A stretch of 55,706 nt of DNA, counting the filler, from Sphacelaria rigidula (Eukaryota): NCBI GenBank assembly GCA_964200075.2. It is 6 parts of 6 records of this genome, joined end to end, with 100 filler letters (N's around TTAATTAATTAA, not from the genome) between each part and the next. Parts side by side here need not be neighbours in the genome. Positions count along the whole stretch, not along the records: positions 1 to 9,202 come from CAXNAA020009053.1; positions 9,303 to 18,504 come from CAXNAA020009054.1; 4 more parts are not named here. One strand, 5' to 3'. Numbering within the stretch: position 1 is the first letter of the stretch; every line of letters starts with the position of its first letter. Below are positions 1-10,185 of this stretch, piece by piece. Below the pieces are notes generated by a model. It saw only the letters and a program-made list of their open reading frames with translations, did no database searches and had not been told where the DNA came from. Position numbers and translations under genes: made by a program.

Positions 1-65
1 CGTTAGGAGCCCCTGAACCAGACAAAATTTCGCGAAAAAAGTGCACCCCTACCGTAGCATTGCTC
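1..65 (-). mobile_element. Partial copy (one end) of the GAG...CTC MITE family also at 5135-5371 and 36531-36787
   Basis: 1-65 (cgttaggagcccctgaaccagacaaaatttcgcgaaaaaagtgcacccctaccgtagcattgctc) is the reverse complement of the left ~65 bp of the 5135 copy; cut off by the scaffold start. Confidence 0.85.
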
Positions 66-151
66 CTACGATAACCCTTTGGGGAATGCTAACCGTGGCG
101 GCCAAAACAATGCTATTCAGAAGTTAGCGTGGGATGATTTTACCTGTACTA

Positions 152-482
152 CAGTAGTGGGCGGTCCAACCATTCATTTTGTGACATTTCGTGGATTTTT
201 CGGAAATTGGCGATTTTCTTCTGCTCCTTTTGCTCGCCAACGCTCATCACATTGAGTATCGGAGGATATTTGTATCCACTCCATATTCCAAGGAACAAAA
301 GCCATTTGTACTCAATGTTCAGTGACTCACGGGATGACCCATCACTGGGGGTCTTTCGAGGGTGGTCTACTGATTGTACCAACATCTACCCACGCTATTA
401 TAGCAAATTCGAGTTTTATCGAAGATTAGTATGCGAGGGAAACCTCCACAGCACCCCTGAATGGTTAGACCGCCCACTACTG
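152..482. mobile_element. Tc1/mariner-type MITE, 331 bp
   Basis: 24-bp TIRs cagtagtgggcggtccaaccattc / gaatggttagaccgcccactactg (1 mismatch), flanked by TA at 150-151 and 483-484; no credible ORF. Confidence 0.88.
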
Positions 483-1007
483 TATACTGCTGCACAAGCC
501 ACGTGTTCGACTCTCAGCAGAGGGGCATGCATGTTCACTCGCGAGGTTTGAAAACGTTTTGAACCGTTGTTACGGTTGGGTTGCATCAAACCCGAGGGTA
601 CTGGGGCCATCCTCCAAATGCGTTCGACGCGAATATATCATCGTTTACTGATTGTTTTCGTCCTTACTTTAGTACAGGCGAAAAATGTACGGATTTTTAG
701 GCGCATCCAGGGGAACACACTAGAGGGCAAGTACCCGTTCGTTTGTCAGCGACCTTGCAACTTCTCCTTTCCCTTCCGTGGCATATAATCATTATCTTCA
801 CATCGTTTTTGCATTTACTTTCATAGCAACAGGGAACACACAATAGCAGCAGCATATGATTCTTTCCCCCCCGGGAAAAAAAGGGTGGAATACAAAACGT
901 GTCAGGAAGACACTCATGAGTCAATAAAAGTATACAATCAAGGGCAAGAGGGGTAACACATCACTTTGATCCAGCATACAGCGCCCCCTCATCCCTAGCC
1001 TCCCCCC

Positions 1008-1207
1008 GAGCCTGGTCCGGCGAAAGCCCGACGTGTTCCGTCGCTGCTTTGTAGGGATGCGAGGTCAATATCAATATGACTTCGGCATGTAATATCATGA
1101 GTGAAAGCCCCCCTGGTCCGGCGAAAACCCGACGTGCTCCGTTCCGGCTTTGTAGTGATGCGACGTCAATCGTCTCATGACTATGGCATGCATGATCATG
1201 AGTACAC
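1008..1207 (+). mobile_element. Retroelement 3'-end fragments (tail family B), two partial copies in tandem
   Basis: cctggtccggcgaaa.ccgacgtg...gatgcgaggtcaat...atgactatggcatgc...gagtacac recurs at 10586-10685 (+), about 13070-13118 (-), 28700-28800 (-) and 37062-37106 (-). Confidence 0.7.
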
Positions 1208-1225
1208 CTCTCCCCTCCACCGCTC

Positions 1226-1288
1226 CGTCTCGAAAGGGATGCGTGGTCAATAGTTAAACGACTGGGGCGAGCAACAAATAAGTACGCC
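1226..1288 (+). mobile_element. Short 3'-terminal fragment of the LINE at 7583-9120 (tail family A)
   Basis: gtctcgaaagggatgcgtggtcaat...gcaacaaataagtac matches 9065-9120. Confidence 0.75.
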
Positions 1289-1689
1289 ACACCTATACTG
1301 TGCGGCGCCATCTCCACGGAATCTTAAAAAGCAGCCACCCTTCGGATATATTTCAGTCGCCGAATCAGTTCGATTACTCTGACTCGCGGTCAATCCGTAC
1401 AAATATCTCGCGTGGTAGGTGTCCTGCGTATTTTTCGGGGCTGGGCGTGTAGGTATCGCGTTGCCTTGTTGCATCTTGTCTGTGGCATCACAAAGAACTT
1501 TGACAAACGACAGCTTCCAGACCCGCCGCATTTCTGAACCTGCGTGCAGATCTGGGGTTCGACCTGTCCAAAACTGCTTCAAGATATGGGACTCGGAACT
1601 GGTCGTTATGGGGCCAATGCCCTGTCAGAAGGGCATTGTGACAAAAGGGAGGATCCCCTTGATATAGAGGGCCTCAACACAGGGGCTCT

Positions 1690-1925
1690 TTCATTTCTAT
1701 TTTGTGTCGATACTCCCACCTCCTTACTACGTTGCTTGCCGTATTTTCTATCGCGAGAGCGGTTCAGCGGAACCTTTCACTCGTCGACCATGGAATCGGA
1801 TTTTGTGTACCCCCCTCATAGTCGCTCTCAACTGTTGGGCATGGGGTGAGAAGAAATCCCAGATCGTGTGACTACACCGAGATTCGAACCCACGATCCAA
1901 CCGTCAGAAGGTTTCGAGGCTACCG
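1690..1925 (-). mobile_element. tRNA-derived SINE, degraded at its 5' end
   Basis: Minus strand ggtagcctcgaaaccttctgacggttggatcgtgggttcgaatctcgg has a Pol III B-box (GGTTCGAATC, 1881-1890) and an anticodon-like hairpin, but no intact acceptor stem; followed by about 190 bp of non-tRNA body. The 3' boundary is approximate. Confidence 0.65.
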
Positions 1926-3054
1926 AACCTGGTGCTACTACGCTTTGTACCACCAGTAGAGCGCCAACCTCCTTGACTGCCACGCCTCCCTCCGGAGCAA
2001 TATTATTGCAAGAACCTTATCCTTCCCCCAAAGCTGTGGGGTGTGGAAAACTCGTCGACACAATCCTCTGTAGCCCACCATTCTGACTCGTAACTGAGTC
2101 AAGTACATGGTGTATGTCGCGCCGGGTCCGGCAACAGGAAGGTCCGGCGATAATACCGTTCCGAAAAGAGGCCTGGCCCCCGAGGTGTTGCAACGTGTAC
2201 AGTGCACAAAATACAGCGCACCACCTGGTTGGGAAGCAGGACTAGTGCAAGCGGATAGCGTCGCCCCTGTAGATAACGTCATGCTCAGCAGACATCGAAA
2301 TATTTCATTGTCCCACCAGAGCTATCATTCATGGCAGAATCGCCGGCACATTTTTCCTGGCGGAAATTTGGGCGCGAGTCGCACTTTACCCGTGCTACAG
2401 TCGTGCCAAGATCTCCTCGTCCCGCAGCAAATAACCACCCACGGCTCTGTCGCAAGTCCTTGACACGTACATGCGCATATTTTGTATGCGAAGGAACATA
2501 AGAAATACACCGCAGCACGGGCGGCTTCTCCATACCAACAAACGCCTTCTCACCCTCCATCATGTACAAACCAGCTTTCCGTTCAGCACGGTAGTAACAG
2601 TAGACGAGGCATACAAGCTAGCAGGCCCAAATATATGTCGTAGGGCGATAGAAAAGCAGAGGGAGTGGAATATATCTGCGGGATTGTGGGGCATGACGTT
2701 GGAAATGCACCGAACCTCTTGTGTTCACATGCAGTACTTGACATCTTGTCTATATTTCCACAAGCGGCTGTCACGGTCAGTCGTCCAACGGATGGATCCC
2801 TGCAAGTGATCTCCGAACGGAACAAGGAGGTTGCATCGAGCAATTCATTACTATTGCTACTACTACCCTTATATCATTATCTGGCCACCGACCGCGCCAA
2901 GTATACCTGTATCACCCCTCGACTATCTCACAATCAAAGTGATCATCACTTGTTCTTCAACAAAATATCGACCTGGTTATTCCTTACACCACAACCATGA
3001 CGGTCTTCCAAAGCGTCTTGAGCATCTTGCTCTTGCTCATAGCAGCAACGGCGA

Positions 3055-6000
3055 GGGGCACGCTTGCCTACTCTTCTGTTGTTGGAGGTGATGACCCCAC
3101 CACACCGCGACCAGCTACAGCGAGGTGGTCAGGTCAGCCCACGTACACGACAAACAAATCACGCTGTTCTTGCCTCATCGCGTCAGCTGCCAAGACACGA
3201 AGATGCGAGAATCCCATACATCTGTCTCAGATCCATAGAGTTCTCACACCCCATGCCTTCACAGCTCACGCCATCAGGCAAGAACACCCTCACTTCTTCG
3301 TCGTTGTCGTAGGAGGACCTGAGCACTTCCCTGCAGCTACAGCACGCAGCAAGCTTGCCTACTCTTCCGTCGCTGAGGGTTAAGACACAACCACAACCGT
3401 GACCCGCTGGAGCGAGGTGCTCAGGTCCACCCACGGGAACGACGAACAAATTACGGTACTCTTGTATGACTGCGTCAGCTGCCAAGACACGAAGATGCGA
3501 GAATCCCATACATCTGTCTCAGATCCATAGAGTTCTCACACCCCATGCCTTCACAGCTCACGCCACCAGGCAAGAACACCCTCACTTCTTCGTCGTTGTC
3601 GTAGGAGAACCTGAGCACTTCCTTGCAGCTACGCCACGTAGCACGCTTGCCTACTCTTCCGTCGTTGAAGGTTAAGACACAACCACCGTGACCCGCTGGA
3701 GCGACGTGCTCAGGTCCACCCACGGGAACGACGAACAAATCACGCTGCCCTTGCCTCATCGCGTCAGCTGCCAAGACACGAAGATGCGAGAATCCCATAC
3801 ATCTGTCTCAGATCCATAGAGTTCTCACACCCCATGCCTTCACAGCTCACGCCATCAGGCAAGAACACCCTCACTTCTTCGTCGTTGTCGTAGGAGAACC
3901 TGAGCACTTCCCTGCAGCTACGGCGAGTAGCACACTTGCCTACTCTCCTGTGGTTGGAGGTGATGACCCCACCACACAGCGACCAGCTGCAGCGAGATGC
4001 TCAGGTCCACCTATGAAAACGACGAACAAATCACGCTGTTCTTGCCTCATCGCGTCAGCTGCCAAGACACGAAGATGCGAGAATCCCATACATCTGTCTC
4101 AGATCGATGGGATTCTCACACCTCGTGGCTTCACAACCGCCATCAGTCAAGAGCACCGTTAAGGGTTCGTCGTTGTCGTAGGAGGACCTGAGCACTTCGC
4201 TGCAGCTACTGTGAGTAGCACACTTGCCTACTCATTTGTCGTTGGAGGTGATGACCTCACGACCACCGTGACCCGCTGGAGCGAGGTGCTCAGGTCCACG
4301 TATGGAAATGACGAACAAATTACGGTCTCCTCGCCTCATCGCGTCAGCTGCCAAGACACGAAGATGCGAGAATCCCATACATCTGTCTCAGATCCATAGA
4401 ATTCTCACACCTCGTGGCCTTACAGCTCACGCCATCAGGCAAGAACACCCTCACTTCTTCGTCGTTGTCGTAGGAGAACCTGAGCACTTCCCTGCAGCTA
4501 CGGCAAGTAACACGCTGGCCTACTCTTCTGTTGTTGGAGGTGAAGACCCCACCACACCGCAACCGGCTGCAGCGAGGTGCTCAGGCCCACCCACGGGAAC
4601 GACGAACGAACCACGCTGTGTTTGCCTCATCGCGTCAGCTGCCAAGACACGAAGATGCGAGAATCCCATCCATCTGTCTCAGATCCATAGAATTCTCGCA
4701 CCTCGTGGCCTTACAGCTCACGCCATCAGGCAAGAACACCCTCACTTCTTCGTCGTTGTCGTAGGAGACCCTGAGCACTTCCCTGCAGCTACGGCAAGTA
4801 GCAAGCTTGCCCATTCTTCTGTCGTCGGAGGTAGAGACCCCACCACACAGCGATCAGCTGCAGCGACGTGCTCACGTCCACCTATGGAGATAAGGAAAAA
4901 ATTACGGTCTTCTTGCCTGACCGCGTCAGCTGTCAAGACACGAAGATGCGAGAATACCATCGATCTGTCTCATACCGATGGGATTATCACACCTCGTGGC
5001 TTTACAGCTCACGCCATCAGGCAAGGACACCGTCACTTGTTCGTCGTTGTCGTAGGAGGATCTCCTATGGCGTGTGGGGATGGGTACTATTCTGATGCAA
5101 GGAGTGCGAGTGTGAGCACCTCGCTGCAGTTACGGAGCAATGCTACGGTGAGGGTGCACTTCTTTCGCGAAATTATGTCAAGTTCAAGGACTCGTAACGA
5201 TTCCAAATGCATTCCCGTTTGCAAATTCATTCGGGATATTCCCAGCACATTGGAGTAGTAATCCTGGCGTACTCTCACATATTTTCAAAGGTCGTGTTTT
5301 GCATGAGATACAGGGCTCCTAACATTTCTAACCTCAGAAAATATTCGTGCACCCTCACCGTAGCATCACTCCACGGAAAGTAGCACGCTTGCCTACTCTC
5401 CTCTCGTTGAAGGTGATGACCTCACCACACCGCGACCAGCTGCAGCGAGATGCTCAGGTTGACCTACGAAAACGACGAACAAATGACGCTGTTCTTACCT
5501 GATCGCGTCAGCTGCCAAGACACGAAGATGCGGGAATCCCATCCATCTGTCTCAGATTCATAGGATTCTCACACCTCGTGATTTCACAGCTCACGCCATC
5601 AGGCGAGGACACCGTCATTTGTTCTTTAGTTCCACAGGTGGACCTGAGCACTTCGCTGCAGCTACGGCAAGTAACACTCTCGCCTCCTCTCCTGTCGTTG
5701 AAGGTGATGACACTACCACCACCGCGACCAGCTGCAGCGAGGTGCTCAGGTCCGCCTACGAAAACGATGAACAAATCGCGGTCTTCTTGCCTGATCGTGT
5801 CAGCTGCCAAGACACGAAGATGCGAGAACACCGTCGATCTGTCCCAGATCGATAGGACTATCACACCTCGTGGCCTTACAGCTCACGCCATCAGGCAACA
5901 GCACCGTCAAGGGTTCGTCGTTGTCGTAGGAGGACCCGACCACCTCACTGCAGCTACGGCGAGGAGCACGCTTGCCTACTCTTTTGTCGTTAAAGGTGAA

Positions 6001-6296
6001 GAACCCACCACCACCGTGACCAGCGGCAGCGAGGTGCACAGGTCCGCCTACGACAACGACGAACCCTCGACGGTCTTCTCGTCGCATCGCGTGAGCTTCC
6101 AAGCTACAAAGGTGCGAGAATCATCACCTCGAACCTTTGTAGCTTGGAAGCTCACGCGATCAGGCACCAACACCGTCAAGGGTTCGTCGTTTTCGTAGGC
6201 GGACCTGAGCACCTCGCTGCCGCTGGTCGCGGTGTGGTGGGTTCTTCACCTACAACAACTGAAGAGTAGCCAAGCGTGCTCCTTGCCGCAGCTGCC
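3055..6296. repeat. Tandem array of ten ~291-bp units, each an internal imperfect palindrome
   Basis: Core gcgtcagctgccaagacacgaagatgcgagaat (or a variant) starts at 3180, 3472, 3761, 4052, 4341, 4632, 4923, 5505, 5797 and 6089. Within a unit, gtgctcaggtcc..acgacgaa and ttcttgcctcatcgcgtcagctg are reverse-complementary to cagctcacgccatcaggcaagaa and ttcgtcgt..ggacctgagcac. Confidence 0.95.
5135..5371. mobile_element. MITE (237 bp, GAG...CTC termini, possibly Sola-like) inserted into a unit of the hairpin array
   Basis: TIRs gagcaatgctacggtgagggtgcac / gtgcaccctcaccgtagcatcactc; flanks tacg / cacg. Removing it restores the array consensus gcag.tacgg.aagtagcacgcttgcc. Confidence 0.88.
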
Positions 6297-7389
6297 AAGG
6301 GCAACAGCAAGACGCTCAAGATGCTCTGAAAGACTGTCATGGTTCTGGTGTAAGGAATAACCAGGGGGGATGGTTTGCAGATGACGACAAGTGATAATCA
6401 CTTCGATTGTGAGGTGGTGCGGGGGTGAGACAGACATGCATGGTGCGGTCGATTGCCAGATAATGATCCAACGGTAGTAGGAGCAATAGCAATGAATCTC
6501 TCCATAGGACCTCCTCGTCTCATTTACAGATCACTTGCAGGGATCCATCGGTCGGACGACCGACCGTGACAGCCGCATGTGGAAAGATAGACAAGATGTC
6601 AAGTACTGCATGTGAACACAAGAGGTTCGGTGCCCTTCCAACATCATGCCCTATAATCCCGCAGACATTTTCCACGCCCCCCTGCTTTTGTATCGCCATA
6701 CTACATATATCGAGCCGTGCTGAATTGCAAGCTGGTTTGTACATCATGGTGGGTAAGAAGGCGCGTGTAGGTATGGAAAAGCCGCCTGTGCTGCCGTGTG
6801 TTTCGTATTCTCATTTGCATACAAAACATGCGCGTGTATGTCCACGACTTGCGACAGAGCCGTGGGTGGTTGTTTGCTGCGGGGCGAGGAGATCATGGCA
6901 CGACTGCAGAACGGATAAAGTACTGTCCGTGCCCGAAAATAGAAATGTGTCAGCGATTCTGATATGAACGACAGCTTCAATGGGATGGTGGGATATTATG
7001 ACATCTGCTCAGCATGACGTTACCTACTGGGTCGACGCTATCCGCACCCACGAGTCCCGTACCCCCACCAGGTGGTGCTCTGTACTTTGTGCACTGTGCA
7101 CGTTGCAACACGTGGGCCGCCACGCCTCTGTTCGGAACAGTATGATCGCGGGACCTTCCTGGCGCCGAACCCGGCACAGAATACACCATTTACTCACGTT
7201 AGTTGCGAGCAAAAATGGTAGAGAGATGATGGTGCCGGCGATTTTTCCACGTACGACAGCTTTGATGAGGGGATGAAGTTTCCACGATATCTTTGTTCGC
7301 AAAGAAGGCGTGGCAGTAACAGAGGTGGTGTTATACTCGTACGTGTAGTACAAAAAGTACAGGCATCAGGCGGAAGTGAGGTGCCCTCG

Positions 7390-7570
7390 GCGGAACAAAA
7401 AGTGGTACAGTACGATATATAAAAGGTTATTGTGTGATGTATGGAAAAAACGTCACAAGCGGCCGAATGTTGTAGGTGTCTTTACTGGGAGCAGGAACGA
7501 TTTTTCTGTCTCGGAAGGGATGCGTGGTGATTGGCTCAATGGTCAAGGCAAGCAACAAATAAGTACACCC
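7390..7570 (+). mobile_element. 5'-truncated LINE 3'-end fragment (tail family A)
   Basis: Homologous to about 8950-9120 (aaaggtt..tgtg...gtatggaa.aaacgt...aatgttg.aggtgtct...gcaagcaacaaataagtac), followed by a C-tract. Confidence 0.8.
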
Positions 7571-7582
7571 CCCCACACCTCC

Positions 7583-9120
7583 CTTGCGGAAAACTGGGAT
7601 CAGAGGAAAGATGGGGAGAGTGGTAAAGGAGATGACATAATGTACCAAAATTGCCATGATGCTAGACGGGGGAATATCGAAATACTTCGATACCTTACGA
7701 GGAGTTGCACAAGGGTGTACGCAATCACCCACTTTATTCAAGGTATTCCTTAGTGACCTGATGTTAGCGATAGCAGCAGCAAATCAAAGGGCCATAGTGG
7801 GTGAATATGTGATACAAGAATTGATGTTCGCGGATGATTTTGTGGGGACTTCAGGAACACCAGAAGGATTGCAAAAACAAAGAGACAAGTCGCTAAAATA
7901 CATCAGGAAATGGTAGAGTGACAACGAACGTTAAAAAATGCGCGGTACTCGTCTATCACGAAGAAGAATCCGGTAAAGTGCAAGCGGATGTCGGGAGAAG
8001 AGGAACTGCCGATCGTAGACCAATATGCATACCTTGGCGTGGGGATCTCGAGAAACTGTTCTTGGGATGCACACATAAACGAAGAAATAGAAAAGGGCAA
8101 GGCACAGATAGGCAGGATGGACATGATCCTCAGAGACCCGCGCCTAGACACTAGGATCAAGACATGTATCCTGATGAACGTCATTGTACCAAAGCTGGAA
8201 TATGCAGGAGAAGTATGGGCGGGGAACGTGAAGTTGGTGAAGAAGTTGGAAACAGTACAGATGGCAGCAGCTAAGAAAATACTTGGATGCTCGATAACGA
8301 CGGGTGACGCAGTTTTGAGAGCAGAGTTGGGAATATACTCACTTAAAACGAACAGAGACATGAGTAAATTGAGGTGGCAATACAGCGTACAGAACATGCT
8401 GAGGAAGAGATTGCCAGCGATGGTTGATAAGGCTGTATGAAAGAAAATTACGGAAGGGCATGCTGCGGAATAAGGTGGGATAAAGTCGAGAAAATATACA
8501 AGGAGATAGGAGCAAACCAAGACGAAATGCTGCCCATAAGTGAAGACGCGGGGCACAAGACGAAAGTAAGATACATGATAGAAATAAGGGGGAAATAGTC
8601 CTTAGACGCAACGTAGACGAGGAAGAACACCTGGAGATATACGGGTGGTTGAGAGAGGGGAAAGCTCTGAAACTGCGATTTCGGGTTGGGGATCTGGACC
8701 TGCTAGAGAGAACAAAGATATATACCAGTCGTCGAGAGGAGGAGGAGGTGGATGGACAGAACTGCCCCTGTGGCAAAGCAATAGAGAGCAGAAGTCATTG
8801 AGTTGCAGAATGTGAACTATACAAGGAGGAACGGGACGTGCTGGGGGGGGAAATGCGAGACGTGAACGGAGGCGGCATGAAACTGTTTGAGGCATTAGAC
8901 AGTAGCGAGAAAACGATGGCTATACTAGGAGATAGATGGTAGCCACAGACGGCTAAACAGGACGGGCATGAGATAAGTAAAAGGTTTTTGTGCAATGTAT
9001 GGAATAAACGTAATGAGCACCTAAATGTTGGAGGTGTCTCTATTAGGAGAAGGAACGGTGCTCCGTTTCGAAAGAGATGCGTGGTCAATGGTCAAACGAC
9101 TACGGCAAGCAACAAATGAG
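7583..9120 (+). mobile_element. 5'-truncated, pseudogenised non-LTR retrotransposon: reverse transcriptase C-terminal part, thumb, CCHC finger and 3' end
   Basis: RT motifs GVAQGCTQSPTLF and LMFADD (7656-7916), YAYLGV and IVPKLEYAGEVW...LRAELG (7988-8440); C-terminal CPCG..ESRSH..AEC at about 8760-8815; several stops and frameshifts (e.g. TAG at 7914-7916). Confidence 0.93.
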
Positions 9121-9202
9121 CCCTCTCCCCCCCCCCCCCCCCCCCCCCCCACCACCCACAACACACCCCCCCCCACCCAACCCCCACAAACACCACAAAA
9201 CC

Positions 9203-9302
9203 NNNNNNNNNNNNNNNNNNNNNNNNNNNNNNNNNNNNNNNNNNNNTTAATTAATTAANNNNNNNNNNNNNNNNNNNNNNNNNNNNNNNNNNNNNNNNNN
9301 NN
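9203..9302. other. Artificial scaffold linker N44-TTAATTAATTAA-N44 (also 18505-18604, 27806-27905, 37107-37206, 46407-46506)
   Basis: Identical 100-bp spacer giving stops in all six frames; the flanked segments decrease in length from 9202 to 9200. Confidence 0.98.
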
Positions 9303-10087
9303 AACCATCTCTCTCCATGCAGGACCGTACATCTTTCAGTCCCCCCGTCCCCTTCCCCCTCCCTCTTTTTTTTTGCTTCATCGAAATATTTCACATGTTG
9401 ACCAAAAGTACCATGAAAGCAATACCATGAGAGCAGTATGGAGGCTTCTGAAAGTAGCCTCGTTTAGGTGCAGGTGCAGGGGTGATCCAACGGACACACG
9501 TAACCCTTCAACACAAGTCAAGATAAGGGTGCGGCGTGGTGTTCACGCAGCTAGCTCTAAAGCTTGTCGACCCACTTTTTTTTTTTTCCGCAGAACTTTG
9601 ATCATTCTGACTCATGGTGAACTCGTGTCAAGTTCTCGAGAACCTTGTGCATTATCCATCCTCCCTCGCTCCGAGTCCAGTAGCATAGTCAGTCTATACA
9701 CGTGGAGCAGTTTCGGTTCCTGGAGGCTTCACCATGTCTAGCGGCTAAATTACTTGGATATGAGGTATCCCTCTCCTAAATTTGGGCTCGGATGAAGACA
9801 TTATGGAGCGTGCCTGTTTCCACATAGAGCACTTTCATCGGGACACAAACCTAGATGTATACGCAGATCGAGCCTGGTCAGATTGAGATTTTGTCCATGT
9901 TTGGATCTGTCTCAATCTGGCCTCGGTGGAGGAAGCCCAGATCGGTGTTTGGGATTTCCCGCTCGGAGGGTAAGGGTAGTGAAGTGAAACGAGTTTCAAA
10001 TCACAATCTCGTGAGTGAGGGGTTGGTAGCCACACTATTCATAGGGCTTGTGCGGGAAATTCATTTTTGCCCCCCCTCCCCCTCGCC

Positions 10088-10150
10088 CCCGTCTCGAAAG
10101 GGATGCGTGGTCAATCGTCAAATGACGAAGGCAAGCAACAAATGAGTACG
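10088..10150 (+). mobile_element. About 60-bp 5'-truncated LINE insertion (tail family A) with a C-rich target-site duplication
   Basis: Matches 9062-9120; flanked on both sides by ccccccctccccctcgcc (10070-10087 and 10154-10171). Confidence 0.8.
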
Positions 10151-10185
10151 CCCCCCCCCCTCCCCCTCGCCGGGACCCCCTAAAT

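Larger units (their letters stand above)
1928..7370. repeat. Giant imperfect inverted repeat (arms about 1928-3160 and 6130-7370) enclosing a tandem hairpin array; Foldback-like element or hairpin-RNA locus
   Basis: The arms align colinearly in inverted orientation. ORF 2107+ (MVYVAPGPATGRSGDNTVPKRG) matches ORF 6977..7189- (MVYSVPGSAPGRSRDHTVPNRG), and 2690-2810 matches the reverse complement of about 6528-6650. Confidence 0.92.

Noticed and set aside
1875-1925. Functional tRNA gene (CTG anticodon-like)
   Set aside because: No intact acceptor stem or 5' half, and it continues into a non-tRNA body; better explained as a SINE head.
4302-5258. 318-aa repeat ORF as a real protein gene
   Set aside because: It arises from in-frame 291-bp units, starts mid-array, runs into a MITE, and neighbouring units have stops and frameshifts.
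3055-6296. CRISPR-like array interpretation of the regular repeats
   Set aside because: Units are about 291 bp and homologous along their whole length, with no unique spacers and no cas genes; the context is eukaryotic.
9247-9258. Palindromic TTAATTAATTAA recurring every ~9.3 kb
   Set aside because: Synthetic six-frame-stop linker within N runs.
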